NCBI GenBank assembly: GCA_022813965.1
Contig: JALDZS010000148.1
Coordinates: forward strand, 1 to 60,721
Length of the DNA: 60,721 nucleotides
From: Toensbergia leucococca
Taxonomy: Eukaryota
Reading direction: 5' to 3'
Below the pieces are notes generated by a model. It was not told the DNA's origin and did no database searches. It saw only the letters and a program-made list of their open reading frames with translations. Of the stretch, positions 10,095-23,263 are shown piece by piece. Position 1 is the first letter of the stretch. Each line of letters opens with the position of its first letter. A program made the translations under genes and the position numbers.

Positions 10095-11076
10095 ATGCTT
10101 CCTACCATGAATGAGACGAAAAGCAGACGAAAATTATCTGCAATGGAAGAACTAGGTAGGTTACTCTTGATGCTTTTCACTTTCGACTTTTTAGCTGAAT
10201 GAGACAGAAGCTTCAGAAATATCGACTCCATCTAACATAAGAGTCTCATTTCATCATGGGGGTATCGTTCCTTCCTTTGGAGTGCTCTTGCCTGAAGCCA
10301 ACCAACTCCAATATCATCGTGAGGATATCGTTCCTTCCTTTGGGGTGCCCTTCCCTGAAGTAAACCTAACCTCATATCATCCTGGAGGTTTTGTTCCCTC
10401 GTTTGAGGTGTCGTTACCCGCAGCGAACATAGAAACTGTTTTCAGTCCATTAGGCAGTGTTACACGCACTGCAAGTCTCTTTGAAGGCCCTGCTACGAGC
10501 GGGAGCGTGTTCAAACATCTTCGAGGATCACACCCTCAAATTTCTGGGTATCCTCCTATGAATAAGCCTTTACCGAAAGGCCTGCTGGAAGAAGACATTA
10601 TTAGGCACTACCCGAATCACTTACGAGGAATTCTTCTGCTGCGCATATCGGCCAATTTCTCCCCCAAGGAAATATGCACAATCAGTGGGCTGAAAGAACT
10701 GAAAGCAAACACTCTTGTCAAGAGGATCGAAGCCGCCAGAGCCAAGCAGGATGGGCAAAAGAAGAAAGAGAGGAAGCGGAAGGCGTCACGAGAAACCCCC
10801 AAACCAACCGCAGCACCAGAACCGCAGCAGGCTGTTTTGCCTGATAACGGACCTGAATCAGAAGCAAGCCGACGCTTTCGGCTCGAGCAAACACAATTGC
10901 TAAAGATCATGCAAGCCATTGATCCAGGGTACATGACGCGACAGGTCGAGCAGCGGTATCATAAGAAGCCAATGTTAGATCGTGAGCTTACTCAAAGAGC
11001 TGTGCCGCAAATTGAGAGGAGACGCCGCGATGGTTCTTCGAACGAGGAATTTACGGTGGAGTCAAGAAAGTCGTAA
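10095..11076 (+). CDS. Hypothetical protein with 3 x 21-aa repeat, YPNHL motif and basic NLS-like stretch
   Basis: Exon 10095-10155 and intron gtaggt...acag (to 10207) splice in frame into the 264-aa ORF. Basic stretch KKKERKRK. Confidence 0.65.
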
Positions 11077-11317
11077 ATATACTAGGCAGGGACTTTACGG
11101 CAAAGAATTTCGGGATGATCTCAATGTCTTTGCGTTTGCTTGTAAAGTTTTTCCGCCAGAAATTGAGAAGGACACTCTCACAAATTTATTTTTGTTTCAT
11201 CAGCAGTGACACCAGTGAGATAGAACACTGATATAGTTTCGGAAACCCTCTCGGCTATTGCGGTGACTATTTGGCACCACCCGAGTCATTTGCATTACAC
11301 TCATTCCAATCCACTAT

Positions 11318-14300
11318 TCAAAGACCTCTCATCAACTCATCCAGCGTAATTGGTTTCCTGACGGCATTCGAGAACCCTTCATGAAAGCTCACCCAAACCT
11401 TGTTGACCTCCTCCTCTCCCGGAACATACTTGGCCTTCTTCCTCGACTGTTCATCTAGTCCACACTCATCTTTGGAACGCGGCCTAGCTTCGTTGATGAT
11501 CCGCCCAAAGAAATCACGTTTCGCTGCGATGACCTTTGGCTTCTTCCATTCCGACTCGAAAGGCACATTCTCTTTATCCATGTTTCCAGAATCTACATCA
11601 TGATCAAGAATCCGATTGCCGGTTCCGTATCTTGCTTGGCGGGCATCTGCGCGCTGACGAATAATGTACTTTTGATATTCTTGATCTAATACCTGGCGGA
11701 TGGCGAATCTTGCCGGAGCTGTCGCTGGCCCGCTTTGAGTAGCAGTCTCAAAGGTCGCCAAGGTATCAAGAGGCCTATCCATGAATGTCAGTGATATAAC
11801 TTGGCTGGGTTTCAATATTTGCCATACGGTTCCATGCGATACATATAACTACTCGTCCCACTCTGACCTGTTTCGATCCTCCGGCGCTCAAATATCACAC
11901 CCACACCGCTCATGACATGAACCGCGCGCTGGACCATCTCTCGTTCGCCTTCCTTTCGAACGCTGGCCGTGCCTCTCTGTTCGCCACTCCCTCCTACGAC
12001 AACTGGCTTCACATCTGGCGTCAGTATTCTCAGAAGATGTGGTACGAGGTCCGTAGCGATATCCTCAGCTGACCGAAACGAGCGGAGCAAAGCAGGTGAT
12101 AGTGCGGACTGAAGGCCGAGCAAGACAGCTCGGTTGTCTCTTTGAGCCTCATACGCTTCGAAATCCGCTCGTAAGCCTGTGAATGGCAAGGTTTCTTCCT
12201 CCTTATCGTCGCTCCAATGCTTCTGATCATTGTTGTAAGAATGGTTCGCAGATGAAGCAAAAAGATGGTGAAAGCCAAGGACAGACTGGCTAAGATATGG
12301 ACCTAGTTCCCACTCTTGGCCCGAGTAGACCTTTGAGGACAGACAATCATGGAAGTGCAGCCAATCATAAGCTGCGTTTGGCTTCGATAGAAAAGTGTCG
12401 TCCTGGAAAGAGTGTGAAGGATACGCAGCGAAGCAGTCGGTCACTATGCGATCAGGTTCTCCGCTAGTGTCAACAATGTCTCGCAGTCTTTCCATGGCCC
12501 TCCGTTTGCTAAGCTCCGATACGCCGAGGGGATTACCAGCTTCAGCTTCACGTAGGTCTGCTACGGATGCTGAGGCGGTAGTTTTGGGGAATCCTGCACC
12601 ATCTAGGAACACTCTTTCAGAGACTTCTTTAGCTCCACAACGTCCCAGGCCTCGTGCACCATCGCCACCGTATGAGAGGTTGTCGAGCATGTGCTTTTCT
12701 ACCCACTTCCTCGTTAGAACAGTCGGCTCTGCCGAAGACGAAGGCCCCGATGTCCGCAGCTTCGAGGCAACCCACTCGGCCACCACCAAGACTCCGCGCA
12801 TGTCGCCTTCGCCAGTGCTGCTAGAGTTTGATCGACTTTCCCTTCGATTGGAGATACCCCACGCAGCTTCACAGAGGCGTCTTACTCCATCGCCGTCACT
12901 TGCGATACCTTCTTTCTCAAATACTGTCTTCAAGCGAGCCACAACCTTGTCAAGGGGCGGTTTTCGAATGTGAACTACTTCTGCCATAGTCGAGGTACGA
13001 AGGAGCTTAAGGGATGGGTGATACACATCGTTGCAGATGAGGATGATGGGTCGCAGCAGTCGAAATCGATCTCCTTTCCTCAGCTGCCTTCTACCGGATA
13101 CACTGCCCGGACCGGATCCGAGCGCACTTGAATTTTTTTGGTCGAGGATGATCAGATCGACCAGAGCTTTGATAAAGCCACCTTCCCCACCGCTGCTACC
13201 GCCGACAGCACCATCAACCTCATCCACAATCACACATACTGGTCTCCCAGCTTTCCGAATATTTCCTCCCGTCGTCTTAGTGTTGACCCCTTTCACGTTC
13301 TCTGTGCCGACACTGTTTCTGATCTTTCCCTTGACTATCTCTTGACTTCGTTCATCGCTAGCATTGATCTCCACGACCTCATAACCTGCTTGTTTCGCAC
13401 ACACATGTGCTAAAGTGGTTTTTCCTAGGCCGGGAGGTCCTGTTAGTAGGAGAATCTTCCGGTGCGATCGATCTTCCACTGTATCGTCATATAATTTGAC
13501 TTTGGGCTTTAGCTTGCTGGTGCCTGGAAAGACAATGGGATCCCATCCTTTCAGCCATCGCAAAACATTACGATGGGTGCGTTCATCACCGACTAAATCT
13601 GTGAACTTCTTGGCTCGATACTTTTCAGTCCACATCAAAGTTCTACCAGCTTTAATGCCTTTACTGAGAGATTGGCTTTCGACAGTGGGTTGTGGGGGGT
13701 CACCATGACTAGCACAAAGACGGGCTGACACAGGCTTGGGGTCTTTGGTGGCTTCGTCGAGTATATCGTGAATGTCAATCCCATAAAAACTCTTCTTCGC
13801 CTTACCCGACGCCGAATCCGATCGACTAGCTATCAATCGTTCGTATGAGATGGGTGCTTTAGATTTCTTTTGCATCAGGCTGAAGCTCTTGCCTGATGAT
13901 GTTCGGATTCGGCTCGAGATATCATAGCTTTCCTGCGGAGAGTCTTCCATTAATAGATGTTGTTCTGGTAGTTTCGGACTCTGCGGCGTCACGGTCCTTT
14001 TACTAATGCTCTGGAGCATGGCCAACATTCTTGGCTCATCCTCTACCTCATCATCGTCTTCGATGAATGGTCCAACATTCCTCGAAGGGGCCCTAATGAA
14101 GTCTCTTAATGGATCACTGCTCCCGCTAGAGTCCTTGACAGGGAATGCGTTGTCTTCTTTCCTCACGTCGCCAGACCGTCGATATTTTAATTCTCTTCGC
14201 TTAGCTTCCTGCAGCAAATCATCTGGAAATGGCCTCTTGCGAGTATTGGGCATTGGAGCAGGCGACGAGCTTGGAGGAAAAGTTACTGGTGAAGAGAGGA

Positions 14301-14682
14301 GGGGCATGTTTATGATCGGCGGTGACGATGGTAAATTGGGGCTTTTCGGCCTGTATGTAATGTTTGACTTCTTGTGCTCTGTACATGGGCTTTCTACTCT
14401 AGATTTAGCCCGAGTTTGCATTGACAGAGTTTGGAGCTATGGACCAATTTGATGATCTTCGTCACTTCGGAAGGCTTCTGGGAGCTTCCAAGCTCTATGT
14501 TGAATAACAACGCCTAGCTTAGTTGTTGCAGCAATGGCTTCTGCATGCAGCGTATGGAGGGCGTCAAGATCGTCAGAATCATTGCACGATGATGGCAAGT
14601 ATACTAAATCAGGTTCTGAGTGTAAGTATACTGCTGGATCTGAGGTAGCTGGTAACGACGCTGAGGGCGACGAACCGACCAT
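11318..14682 (-). CDS. CTF18: Chromosome transmission fidelity protein 18 (RFC-like clamp loader)
   Basis: Motifs WTEKYR, GPPGLGKTT, EINASD, DEVDG, ICND and C-terminal VWVSFHEGFSNAVRKP. Introns near 14400-14445 and 11774-11827. Confidence 0.95.
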
Positions 14683-15080
14683 GTCTGGAGACCGCGTTCG
14701 AGACGTGACGTGAGTCGTAACATGACACTCCTCACGGGAAATAAAGGACAGCCTCGGTAGATTGTTGATCGAGCTAAACGGAAAGAGCTCAATGCGCCCA
14801 GGAACAAATTACACAACCTGCATGGCTGCGTCATGCAACCGAGCTTAGCATCCTTCCTTCCAGCCACATCGACTGCTTTAAGAGTATCCGTAGGACGCTC
14901 ATACCCCTACGGATAGGTGAGTAAATGGATTGAACTATCCTCTGCTCCAATTTGCGCTGTGCACACTTCTATCGAGACCTCCACCCGCTCCTTACTTGTA
15001 TACGTATGGGCCACTATCCACTCGTCTCCTTCCATAGCTCGTATTACGATTTTGCCTACGAGCGCAAAGGGCCCTTTCGT

Positions 15081-15839
15081 ATGGCGACTACTAATATTGG
15101 CGACGCGACAGCAAAGACATTCGCCGAGTAAGTCTTTCTTGAAATTTTTGCTCTGCATTGTTGCTTCGTTGACCAACTAAAGCCAATGCGCCCCAGGCTC
15201 TTATCCGGACCTATGATGGACATCTATGTAGGCAAGTCAAAGCGACATTGGTCGTTGCACCGGAATCTCCTGTGCCACCACTCCACCTACTTCCAAGACA
15301 ATTTCGGCGAAGAGCATAAAAACAAGACCGGCAAGCTAGAGCTTCTGGACCAAGACCCTAGGGCATTCGAGTTGCTGGTGAAATGGCTTTACCAGGGCAA
15401 GATCGACGACGTCAGCGACATGCCGATGGATAAAAAATGGGATTACGCAGATGCCTGCCAAAAATTGTACTTGCTCTGTGACAAGATCAACCTCCCTCAG
15501 CTCAAAAATTTCGCAATCGATCAATTCCGGAAGGGCTGTTTCGAAGCTGGGCTGGTACCTGGGCCAGAAGAAATGAAGCCGATATACGACAATACACCAC
15601 CATCATCACCTTTTCGCAGGCTTGTTAGCAGGATCGCTGCGCGCCAGATCATGGATCCCGACAGTCAAAATGATGCCGGAACTTATAGGATGTGTTTCGA
15701 GGGGAACTCTGATTTCGCAATTGATGTTATCAATGCTATCAGGGAAGGCGCTGGAGGAACGCTTTTCCCAGACCCAACTGGAGGAGGAGGCTGTTCCTAC
15801 CACGAACACGCAAATGCCCAAGTCTGCGACGCTCGATGA
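15081..15839 (+). CDS. BTB/POZ domain protein
   Basis: Exon 1 (MATTNIGDATAKTFA) is followed by intron gtaagt...cag at about 15128-15196. Motifs LHRNLLCHHSTYF, FELLVKWLY, LYLLCDK and terminal CSYHEH. Confidence 0.85.
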
Positions 15840-16365
15840 AATCATCATCATTATGTACGAAGAAATCTTAGATTTTGCTGATGGCGAAAACGATCGAAAC
15901 CACCGCAATCGCATCAAGCACGACCTCCTCGCTAAGATCGAGCTTGTGCGGGAAGAGTGATCACCATTCCGAGAATGGATCACACGGTTCCTAGAAGAAG
16001 AAAAGAACGAGGATCGATGTCAGTCGAAGCAACAAGACACGCCGGATGGAATGGGTTATAGTGTGCTTGTGGCAGAAGAATCCAAGGGGCTCAAGCCCGT
16101 ATATGCCCAGTCTTAAAGGCACAAGAAGGCAACATGGGGGAGGTATTTGTGAAAACGGATAGGGTATGGAGTGAAAGTGTATCGTCAGGCATTGAGAAGG
16201 TCAAGAGGATAGGTACAGTCCCCGTGGTATCATGGTATCATGGTCCTAGCCTCCAATTTGTCGATTTGTCATTTATTTGTAATATACGGAGTAACATCAC
16301 CAGGAGGGGTGGACGAAAATCATTTGGTGCGTCTTTAATAATGACGGTTGATCAAAACTCGTCAT

Positions 16366-16420
16366 AGGTAAGGTAGGTAGGTACCTTAGGTAGGTAAACA
16401 CCTTGCTAAACCTACCTTAG
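16366..16420. repeat. (TAGG)n / AGGTACCT low-complexity tract upstream of GST
   Basis: taggtaaggtaggtaggtaccttaggtaggta...cctacctta. Confidence 0.7.
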
Positions 16421-16616
16421 TGCTAGATTGGCCCAGACTCCAAACTATCAGTACTTTGGGTGTCATCGGCCTTCACTATGCCAGTCTTGTTGCGGGGGAT
16501 AACGCTGGTGCGAAATGGACAGAGACATATACACATCTTTGTCCCCTCAACCTTCTTCATTTGTATTGATTTCTTGGATTTAGTCTCTATACTCATAAAT
16601 TAGAGCCATAGTCAAC

Positions 16617-17398
16617 ATGTCTCAAACTATCATTCTTTACTCACATGCTACTGGGCCTAATCCATGGAAGGTCGCCATCATCCTCGAGGAACTCGGCCTC
16701 AAGTATGAGCATAAGTTTGTCGACATGGCAGACATGAAAAAAGCCCCCTTTGAAAAGCTGAATCCCAATGGACGGTGTGTTTTATCCACAGCTATATCTC
16801 CCATTTCTACACACCACTGACACCCTAACTGCCAGTGTACCTGCCATCGAAGATCCTAATACGGGAATGATCCTTTGGGAGTCTGGGGCTATCATCGAAT
16901 ACCTTTTGGAACAATACGACAAGTCCAACACTCTGACATTCTCCTCGTCACCGGACAAATATTATGCAAAGCAATGTCAGTCTCTTTGGAGACTGCGTGA
17001 CATGTGCTTGTTGACTGACTTCCAGTGCCCTAGATCTCCACTATCAGATGTCCGGCCAGGGTCCGTATTTCGGTCAATTAGCATGGTTTGGTCATTTCCA
17101 TGATGAGAAGCTTCCTTCGGCCAAGGAACGATATTCGAATGAGGTGAAGAGAGTTACGAAGGTCCTGGATACGGTGCTCAGCGATAAGGAGTATTTGGTA
17201 GGTGGCAAGTGCTCTTATGCGGATTTGAGCTTTGTGCCATGGTTTAACATGCTGCCTTTTCTCTTCGAGGACGAGAAGTTGGATGTGGCGAGTGACTATC
17301 CGAATTACAATGCTTGGATGGAGAGGTTATTGGCTAGACCGGCAGTGCGCACAGTTTTGGAAGCAAAGCAAGCTGCTATAGCCAACTCAACGCATTGA
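16617..17398 (+). CDS. Glutathione S-transferase, Ure2p/GstA-like
   Basis: Motifs GPNPWKV, NPNGRVPA, WESGAI, SGQGPYFGQ and YADL. Two introns (about 16775-16835 and 16976-17033). Confidence 0.93.
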
Positions 17399-18021
17399 AA
17401 GCAGCGACATTGTGAAGATGGTATTCTCCATTCGGGAAGGCTAGAGAGTTTGCGAAATGCTTTGGGTGTTTTTGCTCACTGTCAATGAAATTAGAAAGAT
17501 AGTATCATTAGAGTAAAGATAATGAATGACTTGATGGCTGATAGGATATTCTAACTGACACACGTTCAATGTCTTATGTTTCTTATCAAACACATATGTG
17601 ATCCTCGTACTGTTTGTTCTGCACAGTACCCGTAAATTGTCTTTATCTGCCGACCACCTGCTGGGTTGATGATGTACTCGGCCACCAGGGAGCTAAGATT
17701 ATTCTGTGCGAAAGTATGACCTTATCCATACTAGAGTAGAATAGTTCTAATCTCACAAAGCGCCTCCGGGGAATTGCAGGAAAGCTTATTCTACTAATTA
17801 ATGCTTATCTCGATTCTGGGAATAAATTACTGTACGGATACTAATCAAATGTCTCTGTTGTGCTTGTGCCTTCTTTCTTCTTTGCTGGGCCCAATGGCTC
17901 ACACACATATCGGATCTTCCTACATCTGATAGATTCCTCCTGCTGCTTCCCACATTCAACAGGGTAAAGAGTAGCCTTGGGCATCTTGGGACCGAGAGCC
18001 GCATGTTGATGGAATTGTGAC

Positions 18022-20431
18022 ATGGACAGCCCCGACGCCCCACCCAGCAGTGCAAATACTTCGGAAGACTTGCACAATGCCCAGCAGGAGAATGTTCCAG
18101 GTGAAAAGCTCGTCGCTTTGGAGCGTGAACCTACGCACGTTAAACAATTCTGGAAACTTCGTATGAGACCGGCCGACGACGATGACACGCGGTTTGCCCC
18201 GATGCCCATCTCAAGCATGTCCCTTTGCTAATCTTCGTTCAAACTAGGGACTGGTGGTTTGCCTGTACGGCCATACCTCTCTTGGCAGCCACAACAGGCC
18301 CACTAGCAAACGTCATGTCTATCGCTGCCCTTGTCGTTCCCTGGAGGAACAATTTCAACCCCGCTTACCCCGGCGAGGATCCATATTCGAAAGGTTTTGA
18401 CGATCCGCATTGGTGAGCTGCGTGTTATCTTGGCGTCTGCCAGTCAACTAAGAGGTGGCTAGGTGTATCGCTCTCAATGCAGTTTCACTGGTCTGTGGCT
18501 TCGTCGGCAATATCTTTCTGCTGTTCAACTTCACCAGACGTGTCCGATACATTGTTGCATTACCAATGACAATTATCCTTTGGTATTTTGCCACAGGTAT
18601 TGTGAGTCAATACAAGGGACACGTTCTTCAAATTTCTCACGGCTGATATTTCAATATTAGCTGATAGGCATTACAGTATCTATGGATAGATATGTTCCTC
18701 CTCATCGTCCTGAACAAACCTATTCACAAGGTTATTGGCATGCAATTATCGCTGCTATCTTGTACCTCGTCTCATCTATGATGTTGATGGTGAACATGAT
18801 GGGCTACTTTCTCGGCCATTATCCCCAGCATTTTGATCTCACAGATGAGCAACGAAATTTAATATTACAAACAATGTTATTCTTTATATGGCTTGCAGGT
18901 GGGGCTGGAGTCTTCTCGACTGTTATTGGCTGGTCATACGTCGACGCACTCTACTTCTGCGACGTGACCGTTCTTACAGTAGGCTTTGGGGACCTCTACC
19001 CAACTGATGATGCCGGAAGAGGGCTGGTATTCCCTTATTCGGTTGGGGGCATTATAATGCTTGGTTTGATGGTTGGTAGTATCAGAAGATTTGCTCAGGA
19101 GTTAGGACATGATAAGGTTATCAAGAATCACTTTGAAAAGCGAAGGGTGCGAACAGTGGAACGTTCCGTCTCTAGCTCCTTTGAACTGGAGGAGCGACAA
19201 GCTCAATTGAAGAGGACACTCGATCACGGACATCGGCCTGTAATATCTGCGCCGTTCGACTTGAAAGATCGTGCAATTACCTTCGATCTCGACAAAGCTG
19301 TTGAGCCAAAACCCAAACTCAAAAGACTCAACCATTCTCACAAACCCCTTAAATCCGGCTTCAAGATGCTGCGGCGTGTGGGCTCTAGGCAACCAAAGAT
19401 CTTGGTGCTTCGTGAAGAGAAAGACCGATTTACTGCAATGCGAGACATCCAACATGGCACAGTGAAATTCAAGCAGTATTCGGCCTTGACAATGTCCATT
19501 ATTGCATGTAAGTGGTTTTCATGGCTGCCGATTTGCCTACGGTTTGCCCCTTTTTACTTCTAAACACCATGCTCATTTCCCCGTAGTTGGACTGCTCTGG
19601 TGTGGTGGAGCAGTCGTTTTCTGGCAAGCAGAGCAAGGACAACAACAAATGTCCTACTTCGAAGCACTATACTTTTGCTATGTATCTCTGCTTACTATTG
19701 GGTACGGCGATCTCAGCCCTAAAAGTAATGCCGGCAAACCGTTCTTTATCGTGTGGTCTTTAATTGCTGTACCTACAATGACAATCCTTATCTCGGACAT
19801 GGGTGATACTGTCATAGCGAGTTTTAAACGTGGCACCTTCACCCTTGCTGACTGGACCGTCCTTCCTAAGGCTGGCATATGGCGCGCTTTCCTTGAAAAG
19901 CACCCTGTACTGCTACGTTGGCTGCAGAACAACGAAAATAAAGCAGCTGCTAGAAAGCGATTGACCGAAGGCTTCCGCGTCGGCCCCGAAGACGGTGACG
20001 AAGAAGAAAAGAATGCAATGCCACCCACCCTTGAAGAACTCGCAGATGGTGACGGCCTCGACGAGCACGAGTTAGCCCGCAAACTTGCTCTGGCCATCCG
20101 CCGCACAGCTACCGATTTGAAGGCTGAGGAACCGCGCCGCTATAGCTATGAGGAGTGGGTCGAGTATACACGTCTCATCCGCTTCAGCAGCAAATCTAAA
20201 GGCGAAGTCGAGGAGGAAGAAGAGGAGGAAGGCTTGATCGAGTGGGATTGGATCGGCATCGACAGCCCCATGTTGGCCGAGCAAACGGAGAGTGAATGGC
20301 TATTGGATCGGCTCTGCGAGAGTCTGAATCGATATATGAGTCGGCAGGTGCCGGATTCTGTTAAAGTTAGGCGGAGGAGTCTGGTAGTCAGTCGGAGGGC
20401 AAGCAAAAGTGGCGATGGGCCTGTAGGATAG
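18022..20431 (+). CDS. TOK1: Two-pore-domain outward-rectifier potassium channel
   Basis: Two selectivity filters, TVGFGD and TIGYGD, with extra N-terminal TMs (GPLANVMSIAAL). Four introns. Confidence 0.92.
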
Positions 20432-20697
20432 CGAGGAACTCATCTTCGTATTCTCTTGAAGTTTTTGGATCTGATGACGATAATGTGAGCGTGGGGTTTG
20501 TGGCACGGCTTTCAGGAACCGTTGTGTATGAGGAAATGCTTGGATGGGTTTTTGCATTACTGCAATATCAGCGACGTTACTTTGGATTTGGGCCTCGGGA
20601 TGAGGGGAAGTTTGACATCGGGATTCATCAGCTTTTGATTGCTAAAGTTGGTTGTTTGGGTGTATTATTGAGAGGGAAACTCAAGTCTTTCCTTATC

Positions 20698-21232
20698 CTA
20701 GTATTCAAATCTGTAATCATTCGTATCACCATGTAACTTTGCTCTATCGTCACGTCTGTCTTGGCCGCGGTTGTTGAGACGGGGACTCATTCTCTTTGCT
20801 AGTATTTGAGACATATCTACTGCATCATCTATGACTATGCTTCGCCACAGATATTCAGTTGAGCCAGAGACATTCATCTTGGTCACGATGCGAATTTGTG
20901 CAACACAGTGATTTGGCCAAATAAAAGATAAGGATATTTACTCGTAAGTGGGCCCAAGAGCGTCTGGTCAGAGAGCGGTGGATTTGGAGACAGCGAGAGT
21001 GAAACGGGTAGAGTGTCGGTGCAGTCTTCATGAGTTTGATAAGGGCTGAATAACAGAACAGGATATTTTCAGTAAATGGATCCTCGAGCGTCGGATCTGA
21101 GTCAATGTCTGATTGGACGTGCGAGTCTCTGAAACAATGTCAGAGAGATTGATGTAAGACGTGAGAAGTAGGGGAAGCGTACTCTATCGAAGAACGATCA
21201 AAACCGACCGAAGGTTCACGCTGTTGCTCCAT
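20698..21232 (-). CDS. Candidate three-exon orphan gene (~138 aa)
   Basis: ATG at 21232 with an upstream TATAA. Canonical intron 21129-21182 (gtacgc..ctgac..cag). A possible second intron (gtaaat..aag) joins it in frame to ORF 20698-20886. Confidence 0.4.
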
Positions 21233-21613
21233 GAAGGAAGTGAGGTAGGGATGTGGTGCTTATATGTCGTTGTCTTAGACACGACACAGAAGTTGTGTAC
21301 CTGTGGGGTGATGAATAGCTGCGGTGAGGGCTGAGCTGGTAAATGAGCTCGGTTGTTGGAGACAAGCAGGCGGGGTGTAAATAGTGTAGCAGAGAACAGT
21401 CGTCGGTGAATACATCTCAGCCTCACTCCTCCTTACCGAAGAGGCAACCTCTCATCTTTTGCCACCTACTCTTTCAAATACCTATGGAGCCAAACGACTT
21501 TGCTGGATCTTATTAGCTGCTTTATTTCACACCCGTGGGACATGTGGACATTAACAGATATGCTCTTTTTGACGTGCATATATTTATGCCAAAATCTATA
21601 CCACGGAATCACA

Positions 21614-22768
21614 TTATTGCTGCAATTTCTTGGTCAATTCGGGCACCTTGTCGAATAGATCGCCCACAAGTCCCACGTCGGCTATCTGGAAGATAGGAGC
21701 GTCGGCGTCTTTATTAATCGCTGCTATTACTTTGCTATCTTTCATACCAGCAAGATGCTGGATAGCCCCGGAAATCCCCGCGCAGAGGTACAGTTGCGGT
21801 GCTACATTCTTCCCTGTTTGTCCGACTTGCAAACTATTGTCTGCAAATCCACTGTCAACAGCCGCTCTTGATGCCCCGATCGCCGCCCCAAAAGCATCTG
21901 CCAGCGGTAGCATGATTTGATCGAACTGCTCCTTGGACTTCAGGCCTCTGCCGCCCGAGACTACTTTACTTGCTGTTGCAAGATCTGGTCGATCCGACTT
22001 TGCAAGATTCTCAGAGATCCACTCAGTGACCGATTCAATTTTTGGATCTACCCCTTCACTAATTTCAGCGGAGCCGTTTCCTACATCTGCTGCAGCAAAC
22101 GCTGTTCCACGGACGGTCATTATTTTGATTTCGTCGGTAGATCGTACGGTGAGAATTGCGCTGCCAGCGTATATTGGACGGACGAAAGCTTTGTTGGATT
22201 AACGGATGCTCTCAGACATGACCGGAGAGCCCGGCTAGCTTACTGTCTTCGCTCTCAATGGCAGTGACATCCGAGATTTGTTGCGTATCAAGTAGGGCCG
22301 CTACCCTTGGCATGAGATTCTTGCCAAATGCTGAATGGCCTGCGATAACATGTGTAAAATGACCTTTCTTGATGTTCTCGACAAGCAAGGGTGCATAGTT
22401 TTCCGGAAGTCCCTTTGCCAATTGATTAGAGTTGGGGATAAAGAGTATAGAAGAGAAACGTATACTTTGTCGTACGATGCGTTTTCCACCATGATGACCT
22501 TGTCTAGTCCTTTGACTTTGGCTGCCTCTTCGGCTACTGATTTCACGCCGCTGCCAGCAACAAAAGCTGTAACGGAGCCCCCTAGCTTTTGAGCTGCAGT
22601 GACAGCACCCAAAGATGAATTCTGTAATTTTCCTTCTCTTTGCTCGAGTACGGTAAGAGTACTTAGAAGACGCGCAGTGATGCCTTGATGTGCAAGGCAG
22701 ATAGATTTCGAGGTTCGAATATGACTTGTAAGTTGGCGTAATATCAATTGTCGAGCAGTGGTAAACAT
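21614..22768 (-). CDS. AIM45: Electron transfer flavoprotein alpha subunit, mitochondrial
   Basis: Motifs VSGGRGLKS, GASRAAVDSG, QVGQTGK, GISGAIQHLAGMKDS and AINKDADAPIF. N-terminal presequence and two introns. Confidence 0.95.
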
Positions 22769-23263
22769 TTTGCACGGGGTTCAGAATATAGGACGGTAGT
22801 AGTTCTGACCGGTCTGACGAGAAGCAGACTCTACTGTGTGTAAAGCGTCATGCGTTTTGCGAGATAGGATATAGGCATGTGCATAGACAGGCTCATAGGC
22901 TCCTGGGCGGGGCAGTCCTTGGGTGCACTCTCCTGTAGAACTATGAGGACTTCTGCGTGCTTGGTCGAAGTAGACCTCCGTATCCGGGTGATAATCACTT
23001 CACGTTGGACATTGGCGCAAGCATTTAATCCAAAGAAACAACGCGACTGCTGCGGTACCATGACCTCCTCAAACAGCAATTCAGTCATGACTCAGCCTGA
23101 GCTTTGAAACAGGTACAAGATTGCTGCTCCTTTTCAACGGTGCGCTGTCCTTGACTGTGTTCCTCATCACTCGGATCGCAACTTTTCAAACACCCTGTGG
23201 ATCAGAGGTGTATTAACATCAACTCGCTCAACCTGCATCGGATTCTGGAACGGACTACTGAGC

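Noticed and set aside
23088..23094. TGACTCA (Gcn4/CpcA-type) site in the ETF/RSC8 divergent promoter; also a CRE-like tgacgtaa near 7877
   Set aside because: Single short matches are expected by chance, and there is no supporting context.
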